A stretch of 64,000 bases of DNA from Nitrospira sp. (GCA_047150005.1 AP038806.1:3456001-3520000), one strand, 5' to 3'. Shown: positions 1 through 9,783, numbered from the stretch's first letter. The notes: generated by a model not told the origin, from the sequence alone. Program-made: numbers and translations.

Positions 1-144
1 GGTGGTAGGCGTGATGGAGGTTGTGACTTGGGCATGTGAAACTTTGGTAAGCCCAGGCGTGAGAGCTATAGAGGCAAGCACGAGGTAGAGAAATGCGATG
101 GAAGAACATGAAGCGATGGACCGTCGATCTAGAAGGTGTGTCAT
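1..144 (-). CDS. 5' end of a secreted protein, probably filamentous-haemagglutinin (TPS) N-terminal type; runs off the window
   Basis: Manual translation from ATG at 144: MTHLLDRRSIASCSSIAFLYLVLASIALTPGLTKVSHA|QVTTSITPTT. Signal peptide plus a QVTTxITP start typical of FHA-like proteins; GGGGA RBS-like sequence upstream. Not in the ORF track. Confidence 0.55.
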   Translation of the reverse strand, partial: MTHLLDRRSIASCSSIAFLYLVLASIALTPGLTKVSHAQVTTSITPTT

Positions 145-214
145 GGCACCGTCCCCTGTTCCGCCGAGATGCTAAAAAAGCGACGAGTTCAAGGACCTGC
201 GCGCTGGGATCTTC

Positions 215-556
215 CTACATGCACTTGCAATCACAGCGTCCAGGGCCAGGGCTCGGGTTGGGATTTAACTTACACTTGCCACTCGGGGTTGCGACATCGC
301 TGCATGCAGCATTGAGGCTGTTGCAAACCCACGAATCATTGGAAGGTGACCATGTCGTGCAATTCGGATAGTTTGCTGCATCGCTAGGCCATTGTCCCAT
401 TTTATGTTTATAGCAATTGCCCTCACCGAGAATCCCACTGACATTCTCACAGCTGCCGTCTACTACCTGCACCTTGAGGGGGCACCCTTGGAGCATTAAG
501 GCTACGAACACAAAAGCCGTTAGGCTCATCAGCTTGTAAAGTGGCCGCGAACTCAT
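215..556 (-). CDS. Small Cys-rich lipoprotein (113 aa)
   Basis: Hydrophobic signal ending in lipobox LQGC; 10 Cys including a C-terminal CDCKC; strong RBS AAGGAGGG upstream. Confidence 0.75.
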   Translation of the reverse strand: MSSRPLYKLMSLTAFVFVALMLQGCPLKVQVVDGSCENVSGILGEGNCYKHKMGQWPSDAANYPNCTTWSPSNDSWVCNSLNAACSDVATPSGKCKLNPNPSPGPGRCDCKCM

Positions 557-640
557 GTTCGATACCCTCCTTTTGTTAGTTCAATAGTACGTCGCCCACC
601 TAACGTTGCAGAATCCCGGAGAATCGAGATTTGCGAATTA

Positions 641-2134
641 TCAGATTGCTGCCATCGCCTTCGCGCAGTTCAAGCTGCGCCCGCCGATAATTTGCCCCAT
701 GAAGGGGGTATCAGCGTTATTCAATAAGAAATCCTTGAGTTGATCGACGGTTAGGAGTGTACCGGACACAGACACTTTTCTAGATTGAAGAAGGGCGGCA
801 CAGCCGGACACGTGCGGCACCGCCATTGATGTCCCTTGACCAGATGTATAGCTCGTTGACGGAATCGACGGATTCCAATGATCTGTAGTTTCGATCTGAT
901 TTCCAGGCGCAGCAATGTGGACAGTTTGAGACCCATAATGAGAATTGCTCCAAAGATCGTTATTCGTGCAGCTGGGGAAGGAGGGAATCGTGCAATCGGT
1001 TGCAGCAACAGAAATCACATTACTGTAACTGTACGGAGGTGCCGCATAATTTGCTGGATACACTTGGGAACCGCAGGGCGCATTCGTTCCAGTGCAGGCA
1101 TCGTTATTTAAGGGCTCGCCGAAGTGTCCATTTCCCGCTGCGGCGACAAACAGAGCGGGCACGCAATTAGCCACTACACCTGGCGGTATACAGTTTGTTG
1201 TTCTAACAGTATCTGCAAGTATGTTGATTTGTGTATTAAAGTTAGGAATCCCAGGTTGTACTCTCCAGCTATTATTAATGATGTGAGCGTGTAATTCCAT
1301 TGCCCAGTGTATTGCTTCTATCGCGAAGTAGACCCCACCTATAGCGATTCCATCATTGACCGTGCATAAGGCCTTAAGAGCGACTAACTGTACCTTCCAA
1401 GCCGTTCCTACGCCGCCATAGTTGTTATTGCCTCTCGCTCCGATCACTCCCGCGACCCCCGTTCCATGATGGATTGTGTCTCGTGGATCGTCATCGTTGT
1501 CACAAAAATCGTAGCCGCGTCCTCCGGTGGGATCCGTATACATGTTGGGCGCAAGATCGGGGTGTGAATAGTCAATTCCTGAATCGATGACGGCCACAAC
1601 AATATTGCTTGCGTCGGTTTGGTAGCCCCAGGCACTTCTCATGCCGATTTTCTTGAGACCCCAGAAGGATCTTCCTCCGATAAGCCATTGCGGATCATTG
1701 GGGTCATGCGGAGAAGGGATCTGTTCCCCGATTATGCGAAAGTTATACTCGGCATACTCGATATTTGGATTCTTGCGTAATGCCTCAATTACGATGTGAA
1801 GCTGATCTCCTGCATTTATGTGGAACAAATGAACCCCCAAAACTGGAAGTATGCGAATTGGTCTAACACCGTGCTGCGCGGACAGTTCTTTCGCAATGCC
1901 TTCCATTTTAGCTTTACGTTCCACGGAAATGTTCGATCCAAGGACGGACTCTTTGTATTTCACGATGATCGAATCATCGAACAATTGAGGATTCTGACCT
2001 TTGGAATGAAAGGGTGGGGGGACGGGTTCAGCGAGTGTGGTTACGACAATCAGTGTGGCATGGAAGACTGCCGTGGTGATCATGACAGTCTTTAATCCAG
2101 TAAACCTCCACCTGCTTTCTGTTAATGAATCCAT
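641..2134 (-). CDS. Secreted S8 subtilisin-family serine protease with I9-type propeptide
   Basis: Catalytic triad motifs VIDSG, HHGT and GTSMA; oxyanion AAAGN; propeptide ending NPNIEYAEYN; signal-like N-terminus. Confidence 0.95.
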   Translation of the reverse strand: MDSLTESRWRFTGLKTVMITTAVFHATLIVVTTLAEPVPPPFHSKGQNPQLFDDSIIVKYKESVLGSNISVERKAKMEGIAKELSAQHGVRPIRILPVLGVHLFHINAGDQLHIVIEALRKNPNIEYAEYNFRIIGEQIPSPHDPNDPQWLIGGRSFWGLKKIGMRSAWGYQTDASNIVVAVIDSGIDYSHPDLAPNMYTDPTGGRGYDFCDNDDDPRDTIHHGTGVAGVIGARGNNNYGGVGTAWKVQLVALKALCTVNDGIAIGGVYFAIEAIHWAMELHAHIINNSWRVQPGIPNFNTQINILADTVRTTNCIPPGVVANCVPALFVAAAGNGHFGEPLNNDACTGTNAPCGSQVYPANYAAPPYSYSNVISVAATDCTIPSFPSCTNNDLWSNSHYGSQTVHIAAPGNQIETTDHWNPSIPSTSYTSGQGTSMAVPHVSGCAALLQSRKVSVSGTLLTVDQLKDFLLNNADTPFMGQIIGGRSLNCAKAMAAI

Positions 2135-2207
2135 GGTACCTTTCGTCCGTTGACTTGCTCAGCTACTAATCTGTGCCAACTACGTACGCGATGCTTTGAG
2201 CCTATTC

Positions 2208-3140
2208 CTAACGAATTGTAACCCCATGGGGGGCCGCCGGGGGCGTAGTATCTGCACTCCCACTGCAGCCAATACGTGTCGTACCGATGGCGAATTGATC
2301 GAGATATACAATCCCTGTCCCTGTCTGTTTGAGAATTTGAATTGAGTTGAAGGTAGAAAGCGATGAGTTGCCATTTGGTCCAATCGGCGAACTTCCACGT
2401 ATACGGAAGTTTGTATATGCCAGAGTCAAAACCCCATTCACCCATAATTGCACTATTGCATTGGCACTGCCTGGAGTATTCAGGGTTGTTTGAGTTTCTA
2501 CGCAATACCATTGGTCGTCGGTGATATTTACGGTCGCGAGATTCGGAGTGACAGGCAAGGTTGCATAACAATTCTGGATGGAGCCAGGACAATCTTGCCC
2601 AACGAGGATCTCAAGAGTCATAGCTCGTGACCCAGGGCCCGAGTGGAGGGCAACCACCCCTACATCTCCTAAATAAAAATGATTGGTCGCGTTCTGGCTG
2701 TAGGTGAAACCGTGGGTACGATAATAAAAACGAGTGAAGAGAGTTGGGTCGGTCTGAGGGAACGAGCGGATAATAGCTATATTATGATTATCATTGTACT
2801 CGACGGCATCGTAGACGAGTTTGAGAGAATGTGTGCCGCTATGCGCTATGTCGGTTGAGATATCAAGATACGGACACGGACTACCATTACACGCGTATTG
2901 TAAGTAATTCCATCTTCCTGCGAGTGGGTTTTCAAAGTCATCATCCCAGTAAACCGTGGCATGGGCATCTCTGGCACAGACGATACCGAGAGTGAAAAGA
3001 AAAAGGACAGTCAGAAGTTGTATTACCTTTCGATATGAAAAAGGTGTCAGGAACCGAATCGAGTTCTTTCGAACGGGCGACGGAACTGATTGCTGAGCAG
3101 GAGGTGAGGGACGACTATTCCGGTGAAGGTGAAGCGTCAT
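2208..3140 (-). CDS. Secreted beta-sandwich protein (polysaccharide-lyase/LamG-like fold), paralog A
   Basis: Signal peptide ending AHA|TVYWDDDFE; motifs AHSGTHSLKL, WYCVE, LWVNG, YLDQFAIGTTRIGC; ends in DTTPPAAP, an Fn3-start-like linker. Start codon uncertain. Confidence 0.75.
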   Translation of the reverse strand: MTLHLHRNSRPSPPAQQSVPSPVRKNSIRFLTPFSYRKVIQLLTVLFLFTLGIVCARDAHATVYWDDDFENPLAGRWNYLQYACNGSPCPYLDISTDIAHSGTHSLKLVYDAVEYNDNHNIAIIRSFPQTDPTLFTRFYYRTHGFTYSQNATNHFYLGDVGVVALHSGPGSRAMTLEILVGQDCPGSIQNCYATLPVTPNLATVNITDDQWYCVETQTTLNTPGSANAIVQLWVNGVLTLAYTNFRIRGSSPIGPNGNSSLSTFNSIQILKQTGTGIVYLDQFAIGTTRIGCSGSADTTPPAAPHGVTIR

Positions 3141-3205
3141 GAAGTGGTGTCCCGTTTCGCGTTAGTGCTAATCAGCGCCTAGCTATGCCTTTCGTGAGAA
3201 ATGCT

Positions 3206-3316
3206 CAATAACCCTTTCGGCTAGGGTCGATGGCGTCTGCTACTTGAACTCAAGATGTAGCTGCGATCTTCGATCAGACCCCCATATCTGGCAAAGGCCG
3301 TATTGTCTGGTTCGTC
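3206..3316 (-). promoter_or_regulatory. Conserved 111-nt leader element, copy 1 (candidate cis-regulatory RNA)
   Basis: Same-length homolog at 9566-9676; both lie upstream of paralogous secreted-protein genes and share nested stems. Confidence 0.6.
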
Positions 3317-3419
3317 GTGTGAAATTGGATTCAAACGAACAACGTCCGCTCCATCATCATACGGACTGGCTCCACAAACCCGGCGGCATCTGCTATCGTA
3401 GGAGCACTGGAGGTGCTGG

Positions 3420-3638
3420 ATGAAAACGTTCACCGCATATGTGGAGTGGGACCCCGACACGAAGCTATATGTCGGCTTCGTGCCTGGTATCGCTGGTGCG
3501 CATACGCAGGGAAGCAGCTTGGATGAACTGCAAAAGAATCTGAAGGAAGTCTTGCAATTATGCATTGAAGAGTCTGAGAAGGCCGGCGAGGACCTCCCTC
3601 GATTTGTCGGACTGCAGCAGATTGAGGTAGCCGGGTGA
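3420..3638 (+). CDS. hicB: HicB-family antitoxin (short, RNase-H-like domain only)
   Basis: YVGFVPGIAGAHTQGSSLDELQKNLKEVLQL matches the HicB pattern; RBS GGAGGTG. Confidence 0.85.
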   Translation: MKTFTAYVEWDPDTKLYVGFVPGIAGAHTQGSSLDELQKNLKEVLQLCIEESEKAGEDLPRFVGLQQIEVAG

Positions 3639-3655
3639 GCCGGCTCCCGATCGTC
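3635..3655 (+). pseudogene. hicA: Truncated HicA toxin remnant (about 7 codons)
   Basis: GTGA overlap with the hicB stop gives MSRLPIV, a typical HicA N-terminus; similarity then ends and the frame stops within ~10 codons. Confidence 0.5.
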
Positions 3656-3668
3656 TTTCAACATCCTG

Positions 3669-3755
3669 CTAGTCCTGCCAGATGATCTCGACGACGATGT
3701 AGACCAGCGCTGCCATCAGAGCGTTGACGAGGAACAAGCTCATTCCGATGTCCAT
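3669..3755 (-). CDS. 28-aa single-TM microprotein, copy 1
   Basis: MDIGMSLFLVNALMAALVYIVVEIIWQD; GAGG RBS; two ungapped paralogs at 9784-9870 and 11369-11455. Confidence 0.8.
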   Translation of the reverse strand: MDIGMSLFLVNALMAALVYIVVEIIWQD

Positions 3756-3799
3756 GGTCGCCTCGCTGACGATTCGGTTCACTGCTGCCATCGCGAGGT

Positions 3800-3815
3800 T
3801 GCAATGGGTAGGCCA
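3800..3815 (-). promoter_or_regulatory. sigma54 (-24/-12) promoter of microprotein copy 1
   Basis: TGGCCT-ACCCA-TTGCA with exact GG-N10-GC spacing, ~45 nt upstream of the ATG. Confidence 0.75.
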
Positions 3816-4000
3816 ATGCGAGTGTTGGCGCGAGTCAGCGGCAGGTGAAGCGTGAGATCGCAGTGTGGACAAGGAGATCTGCCCATGCGGGGATTCAGAG
3901 CATGGCGACAGAAGGATCTAGCGTGATCAGGCCGAAAGGACCTAAAAGCATTCGCGATGGATCGAAAGTGATTCAGGTCGCGTTGACCTTCCCCCCTTTA

Positions 4001-4870
4001 TTACACCAAAGCTGAGGAAGTTAGCTCCTGTGTCGGCTGGGCCTGGTTTTGATAGTTGGTAATGAACTCCTGGGGTGTCACATCCCCAATTGCGCTATGC
4101 GTCCGGTCTTCGTTGTATTCCCGTCGCCACGCTTCACTCACGACCTGCGCTTCCTGCAGCGTCACAAACCAATGCTCGTTGAGACATTCATCCCGAAACT
4201 TACCATTGAAGCTCTCGATAAACGCGTTCTGCACCGGCTTCCCTGGCTGAATGAAGTGCAGATGCACGCCGTGCTGCGCCGCCCAGGCATCGAGCGCCGT
4301 CCCCGCGAATTCTGGGCCGTTATCCAGGATCAGCGTCTCGGGCAGCGGGCGAGTGAGAAACACCCGATCGAGAATCCGGCACACTCGTGCCCCACCGATC
4401 GACACCTCGACCTCAATCACCGGGACCTCTTTCGAACACGGATCGGTCATCGTCAAACATTTATACCGTCGTCCGGTCACCAATCGGTCGTGCACAAAAT
4501 CCAGGGCATAACAGCGCCCCGGCTGTGTCGGCCGGGGGAGCGCGACGCGCGGCACCGCGGCGAATTTCTTCCGTCGACGCCGGCGTAACGACAGGCCTTC
4601 GTCCCCATAATAAATCCGTTCCACTTTCTTATGGTTCGCACGCCAGCCCTCGCGCCGTAAGCGCACATAGATCCGGGGACAGCCGTACCGCCGCTTGGTC
4701 TCGGCAATCTCGCGGATCCGGGTCCGCAGCGCCTCATCGTCGTGGCGACGACTCCGATACCGAAGCGTCTGGCGATCGAGGGCCAAGAGCCGGCACATCC
4801 GTCGTTGACTGAGCCCAAAGCGCTCGGTGCTCCACTGAGCCGCCGCTCGCTTCGCCTTGGGCCCTACCAG
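4001..4870 (-). CDS. IS3 transposase OrfB (rve DDE domain), probably via -1 frameshift; 5' boundary approximate
   Basis: LDFVHD, DNGPEF and [18 protein letters not shown] motifs; slippery AAAAAAC at the orfA end. Confidence 0.9.
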   Translation of the reverse strand: MVGPKAKRAAAQWSTERFGLSQRRMCRLLALDRQTLRYRSRRHDDEALRTRIREIAETKRRYGCPRIYVRLRREGWRANHKKVERIYYGDEGLSLRRRRRKKFAAVPRVALPRPTQPGRCYALDFVHDRLVTGRRYKCLTMTDPCSKEVPVIEVEVSIGGARVCRILDRVFLTRPLPETLILDNGPEFAGTALDAWAAQHGVHLHFIQPGKPVQNAFIESFNGKFRDECLNEHWFVTLQEAQVVSEAWRREYNEDRTHSAIGDVTPQEFITNYQNQAQPTQELTSSALV

Positions 4871-5130
4871 TTTTTTGCGTTGACCGCTTTCAGCGCCTGG
4901 ATGTCCAGGGCTTGGTCTGCCACCATCTGCTTGAGCCGCCGGTTTTCGTCTTCCAGCTGGCGGAGCTTCTTCACATCACTAACTTCGAGCCCGGCATATT
5001 TCGCCCGCCACTTATAAAACGTGGCGTCCGAGATGCCGTGTTTGCGGCAGAGCTCCTGAATGCCTGTGCCCGCCTGGGCATCCTTGAGTACCGCAATGAT
5101 CTGTTCCTCCGTGTGCCGCTTTCGTGTCAT
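4864..5130 (-). CDS. IS3 transposase OrfA (HTH)
   Basis: [12 protein letters not shown]...[15 protein letters not shown]...[25 protein letters not shown]. Confidence 0.92.
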   Translation of the reverse strand: MTRKRHTEEQIIAVLKDAQAGTGIQELCRKHGISDATFYKWRAKYAGLEVSDVKKLRQLEDENRRLKQMVADQALDIQALKAVNAKNW

Positions 5131-6176
5131 GGCCCCCTCCTGTGGGGCCCATCTCAGCACAGGTGCACTTCCTTGCCAATGGTCTAGTTTTCAGGGGGAA
5201 GGTCAGGATGGCATTGTCCGTGTACGATGTCGTCATACTGGCAACGGTTGTCAGGACAGGAAGTGGTGCCGCGCTTGCACACTGGCTATCCTGGCCGCGA
5301 TAGATCTTGAAACCAGTGATGTTTGTACTGGATCCGGTCCAGTTCAACATTCCAGGATTCACGGGATTGAATGTCAGAGCCCCAGCACAGCCAATGCGAT
5401 CTGGTCCGACGGCGAATTGGTCAAAATATACAACCCCACTACCTCCCGCTTGCTTATAGAGTTGGACCACATTAAATCCAGAGAACGATGGGTTATCATA
5501 CGTTCCACTCACTGACCTCCCCCGCATGCTGAAGTTCGTGTACTCGAAAGTCCTAACTCCGTTCACCCACATATTTATCCTGGCATCCTCCGTACTATCC
5601 GGACTGTTCATGGTAATTTCCGTTTCAATGCAATACCATTGATCGTCAATAAAATTGACTATTGCCGCATTCGGTTTTGCGGTCCAGTCAGCAAAACATT
5701 CCACTTGCACGAAGAAGCAAGCCTCACCGTTCTGAACACCGATAGCGAACACATTCGAAGAAGTGTCAACAATCGGTTTTACAATTATTGTGGTCGGGGA
5801 ATAATGAGTCAGATCGGCCTGCTTGAAGAGAGTGATTACTGGTTCAGAGGTAGAGGCGTGGGTGCGATAATAAAAGCGGCTGAACAATGTCGAGGTAGCC
5901 GTGGCTGAGCCAGTCTGAGGGATAGCACGGCTGATCGCGACGTCAAATAGATTATCAGGAAAGGCAGTATCGTAGACTAGTTTCAGTGAATGCGTGCCGC
6001 TATGAGCGACATCTGTCGATATTCCCAGATCAGGACAGGGAGTGACCGACGGAGGGTTATTGGCACACAAAGCTTTTTGAGAGTAGACCCATCTACCTGC
6101 TTGAGTGATCGGAATTTCGAAATCATCCTCCCAGTACACTGCGGCAAAACCAGACCTGCTGAAGACAATGACACTA

Positions 6177-7010
6177 GAACCTATCTCAAAATGGTTGTGC
6201 TCATCAGAAAAGTGCCTATAATGCGCCCGCATGTTGCGCCTGCGCGACGACCAATGGGAGCGGATTCGGGAACATTTTCCCGAGGAACACATTCCCGAAG
6301 GCCGGCCCGGCCGCAAACCCGTGCCCGCCCGCGCGGTCTTGGAGGCCGTGCTGTGGATTCTGAACACCGGGGCGCAGTGGCACATGCTGCCGCAGTGCTA
6401 TCCCAACTACAAAACGGTTCATCGCCGATTTCAGCAGTGGTGCGAACGCGAGGTGCTGCGCGAGATTCTCACGCAGTTGGCGAATACGCTGCGCGACGAG
6501 GGCGCCATCGACGAGCGCGAGAGTTTCATCGACGCGACGTTCGCGGCCGCCAAGGGCGGGGGCGACGCGGTGGGGCTCACGAAACGCGGCAAAGGCGTGA
6601 AGATCCTGGCGATTGTGGATCGTCATGGGTTGCCGCTCTCGGTCAGTACGCACGCGGCCAATCATCATGAGGTCACATTGGTCCAACTCAGTTTCGACTT
6701 CTACATGCTGGAGGCCAAGCCCGAGCATCTCATCGGCGATCGGGCCTATGACAGCGATGGGCTCGATGACGACCTCAAGCAAGGCGGCGTGAACCTGATC
6801 GCGCCGCACCGGTCCACCCGCAAACTCAAGACCCAGGACGGGCGCCACTTGCGCCGGTACCAACGCCGCTGGCTCGTCGAACGGTTCTTTGCGTGGCTCC
6901 AATGGAAGCGGCGGTTACTCGTACGTTGGGAATATTACGCCTCAAACTTCCTGGGGTTTGTGCAGCTCGCATCGATTACCATGCTCCTAAAGCAATTTTG
7001 AGATAGGTTC
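6177..7010 (+). mobile_element. IS5-family insertion sequence
   Basis: Perfect IRs GAACCTATCTCAAAAT / ATTTTGAGATAGGTTC; TA target duplication within CTAG. Confidence 0.95.
6231..7001 (+). CDS. IS5-family transposase
   Basis: DUF4096-like N-terminus (TGAQWHMLP...VHRRFQQW); IDAT, GDRAYD and RWLVERFFAWL motifs. Confidence 0.93.
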   Translation: MLRLRDDQWERIREHFPEEHIPEGRPGRKPVPARAVLEAVLWILNTGAQWHMLPQCYPNYKTVHRRFQQWCEREVLREILTQLANTLRDEGAIDERESFIDATFAAAKGGGDAVGLTKRGKGVKILAIVDRHGLPLSVSTHAANHHEVTLVQLSFDFYMLEAKPEHLIGDRAYDSDGLDDDLKQGGVNLIAPHRSTRKLKTQDGRHLRRYQRRWLVERFFAWLQWKRRLLVRWEYYASNFLGFVQLASITMLLKQF

Positions 7011-7869
7011 TAGAAAGGAAGAGAACAGTAAGATGTATAACTCACGACTTCATCTGACAGACAGCGAGTCCTCACCGGGTTTAGGCCGCTAACATTTTCT
7101 CCTTGGCCAGTGGCACACTATCGAGAAACGTCTGCATCGGTGTCTTGCCATAGCACCAGCGCCCTTGGTGGGGGCGCTGCTCGTTGTACTCCTGGATCCA
7201 CGCATCCAAGTCAGCCTGGAGGTCCTCCAGCGTTCGATAGATCTTCTTGCGGAGCGCCACGCGGTAAAACTCGTTCAACATGGTCTTGTGGAACCGTTCA
7301 CAGATCCCGTTGGTCTGGGGATGCCGCGTCTTGGTGCGCGTATGATCGATGTTCTCCACGGCCAGATAGAGTTCGTACTCATGGCGCTCCGGAGTTCCAC
7401 AGTATTCCGTGCCGCGATCCGTGAGCACACGGTTCAGCGGAATGGCATGCTGCTCGAAGAACGGCAAGACCCGATCATTGAGCAATTCCGCGGCCGTCAC
7501 CGGCGTCTTGCGGTCGTACAGCTTCGCAAATCCCACCTTGCTGTAGGTATCGATGAAGGTTTGCTGGTAGATGCGGCCGACGCCCTTCAAGGTGCCGACG
7601 TAGAACGTATCCTGCGCGCCGCAGTAGCCGGGACATTCGCTCTCAAATTCGCCGTGGGCCTCTTTGTCCGCCGTCGCCTTCTCCAGCGCCACGACTTGGG
7701 CCTCGGTAAGCACCAGTCCCGCTTGGGCTACCTTCGCTTCCAGTGCCTTTAAGCGTTTCCGCATCGTTGCGAGATCATGGCGGAGCCAGATACAGCGCAC
7801 GTATCCTGCTCCCCTTGAAATTGAGACCACCTCTACGACATGGTCCTACGACGGACCGAGGAGGTGGCG

Positions 7870-8196
7870 ATGGCAGCAGAAGCAGCAGAACCCATTGAAC
7901 GGTGGACGGCCAAGCGACGCGTGGCATTGGTCGTGAGTAATCTGAAGGGTGAGACCTCGGTGGCCGAGGCGGCCCGGCAGCACGGCCTGACCGTGGCGGA
8001 GGTGGAGGCGTGGCGTGAGAAGTTTCTCCTCGGCGCCGAGAACGCGCTCCGGACTCGGCCCAAGGACGAGGAGGCCGTGAAGGACGAGCAGATCAAGAAG
8101 CTGAAACAGAAGATCGGGGATCTGGTCGTGGACAACGACATCTTACGGGAGGCCTTGAAACCCTTCCCTTTGGACCGGAAGACATCCGACGCGTGA
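7870..8196 (+). CDS. IS3 OrfA (DUF1153-like HTH)
   Basis: RWTAKRRVALV...GETSVAEAARQHGLT; RBS GGAGGTGG. Confidence 0.88.
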   Translation: MAAEAAEPIERWTAKRRVALVVSNLKGETSVAEAARQHGLTVAEVEAWREKFLLGAENALRTRPKDEEAVKDEQIKKLKQKIGDLVVDNDILREALKPFPLDRKTSDA

Positions 8197-9026
8197 GAGC
8201 CCGCGTGTCGGGTGTCTCCGAGCGACGGAGTTGCCAGGTGCTCCGCGTGAACCGAGCCGGTCTGCATCGGACGAGAGCAACGGAGGGACGACGCCGAGGC
8301 CCCACGGCACCCCCGTGGCTGGAGCGGATGCGGTATTGGATTCAGCAGCATCCCACGTTTGGGTATCGCCGACTCTGGGTGATGTTGCGGTATCAGGATG
8401 GGATCCTGGTGAATCGCAAAGCCGTGTATCGCGTGCTGAAGCAGCAGGGCTGGTTCGTCCACCAACGCGTGGCGACCCCGCGCCCTCGGGTGCGAGGCTG
8501 GCGCAGTCGGGCTGGGCAGAGCAATGAACGGTGGGCGATGGACGTGACGCATATTCCCTGTGGCCAGGACGGCTGGGCCCATCTCGCGGCCGTGATCGAC
8601 TGTCACGATCGGGAAGTCATCGGCTACGAGTTCGCGTTGCGCAGTCGGGCCAAGGAGGCGGAGCGGGCCGTCGAAGCGGCGTGCCTGCAGCGGTTCGGGA
8701 CGTTGCGGCCTACGGGCGCACCGGTCCTCCGCAGTGACAACGGCCTGATCTTCCAGAGTCGCCGGTTTCGACAAGCCTGTCGGGACTATCGGCTCCAACA
8801 GGAATTCATTACGCCCTATACGCCGGAACAGAACGGCATCATCGAGCGGTTCTTCCGGAGTCTGAAGGAGGAGTGCGTCTGGCAACACACGTTCCAGACG
8901 TTTGAGGAGGCGCGACGGATCATTCGGGACTGGCTCCACTGGTACAACGAGGGACGACCGCACAGCGCCTTGGCGTATCGGAGTCCCGTCCAATTCCGCG
9001 CGCAACAGTCAACCCAGGTGGCTTGA
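8193..9026 (+). CDS. IS3 OrfB DDE transposase
   Basis: GYRRLW, WAMDVT, SDNG and [17 protein letters not shown] motifs; GTGA overlap with orfA. Confidence 0.92.
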   Translation: MRARVSGVSERRSCQVLRVNRAGLHRTRATEGRRRGPTAPPWLERMRYWIQQHPTFGYRRLWVMLRYQDGILVNRKAVYRVLKQQGWFVHQRVATPRPRVRGWRSRAGQSNERWAMDVTHIPCGQDGWAHLAAVIDCHDREVIGYEFALRSRAKEAERAVEAACLQRFGTLRPTGAPVLRSDNGLIFQSRRFRQACRDYRLQQEFITPYTPEQNGIIERFFRSLKEECVWQHTFQTFEEARRIIRDWLHWYNEGRPHSALAYRSPVQFRAQQSTQVA

Positions 9027-9565
9027 TTTCAGGGGAGCACTACACACGCCCGCTGGGGAGATGGACAGCGCCTGCTTGCGCAGTTCATTCGCCACGCGGG
9101 CTTGTCCCCACGCGGGTTGCTCAATAGCGATCTGCACGATGGCCTGTTCCACCTCGGGTGCCACCCGATTCTTGAGGAGCGGCTTCTGCCGCGAAATCTC
9201 TTGAAGCGCGGCCTCGCCGCCGGTCTCGTAGAGTTCCTTGAATCGATAGAAACTATCGCGGCTATACCCCATCAGCTGGCAGGCTTTGGAGACATTGCCG
9301 AGCTGCTTCGCCAGTTCCAGCACGCCGACTTTCGTCTTAATGATCTTTTGTTCCGTCGTCATGGTCCTCGCTCCTTTCGTGAAGAGGGAGGACTCTAGCT
9401 GACTGTCAGATTAAGTTCTAGCTTCCACACATAAGAACTAGAATGTGGACCGCTTTTGGTTCTCCATTCATAGGTAATATCTGTTCATCAAAACCAATTC
9501 TAATTAGCAGGTCAGAAATCACTCAGATCCAGCCCGCTCTAGCTATTCCGATTGGTCCATTTCCA

Positions 9566-9676
9566 CAATAACCCTTTCGGCTAGGGGCGATGGCCTCTGC
9601 TCCTCCATCTCTAGCTGTAGCAGTAAGATCTCCGTGTCACCCCACAGCTTGTAAAAGCCGTATTATCTGGTTCGTC
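9566..9676 (-). promoter_or_regulatory. Conserved 111-nt leader element, copy 2
   Basis: Shares CAATAACCCTTTCGGCTAGGG.CGATGGC.TCTGCT and GCCGTATT.TCTGGTTCGTC (plus strand) with 3206-3316. Confidence 0.6.
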
Positions 9677-9731
9677 TCGTTTGTGCGGTCTGTCTTACTT
9701 CATCCTCATTCAGCATCGACTCCGTTCATAG

Positions 9732-9775
9732 CTCAGGACGCTGCACTCAGCACGCAGCACTCAGAGCTCATCACT
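9732..9775. repeat. Degenerate heptamer tandem repeat (CTCAGCA-like)
   Basis: ctcaggacgctgcactcagcacgcagcactcagagctcatcact. Confidence 0.6.
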
Positions 9776-9783
9776 GCTTATCT

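Larger units (their letters stand above)
3984..5205 (-). mobile_element. IS3-family insertion sequence (IS407-like)
   Basis: Terminal IRs TGACCTTCCCCC / GGGGGAAGGTCA; orfA plus orfB; no matching target duplication (flanks gcgt vs ggat). Confidence 0.95.
7801..9044 (+). mobile_element. IS3-family element nested in IS481
   Basis: Imperfect IRs containing TGCTCCCC(T)TGAAAT / ATTTCAGGGGAGCA; 3-bp duplication CAC. Confidence 0.9.
7081..9362 (-). pseudogene. IS481 transposase split by the nested IS3 (9362-9045 plus 7800-7081)
   Basis: [28 protein letters not shown]...[14 protein letters not shown]...TDRGTEY...[10 protein letters not shown] joins in frame. Confidence 0.9.
7034..9431 (-). mobile_element. 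IS481-family element carrying a nested IS3
   Basis: Imperfect TGT...ACA ends sharing ACTT(C/A)ATCTGACAG; 5-bp duplication TAAGA on both sides (right boundary uncertain by 2 nt). Confidence 0.9.
5206..9471 (-). pseudogene. Secreted beta-sandwich + Fn3-like protein, paralog B, split by IS481(::IS3) and IS5 and truncated by IS3
   Basis: Joining 9471-9432, 7033-7011 and 6176-5206 and removing the target duplications restores the in-frame sequence MNGEPKAVHILVLTVLFLSSVIVFSRSGFA|AVYWEDDFE..., homologous to 2208-3140. Confidence 0.85.

Noticed and set aside
3206..3316. Assignment of the leader to a known riboswitch (c-di-GMP/cGAMP, fluoride, ykkC)
   Set aside because: Only short fragments resemble them (GACAATAC, GCCGAAA, GATGG, CTAGGG); the defining cores are absent.
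5012..6385. 457-aa ORF as an intact gene
   Set aside because: Both ends are read-through into IS DNA (IS5 above 6176, IS3 below 5206); only 5206-6176 belongs to the broken gene.
6216..9005. Long antisense ORFs at 6216-6902, 7165-7752 and 7833-9005
   Set aside because: Shadows of IS transposases on the opposite strand, with no independent motifs.
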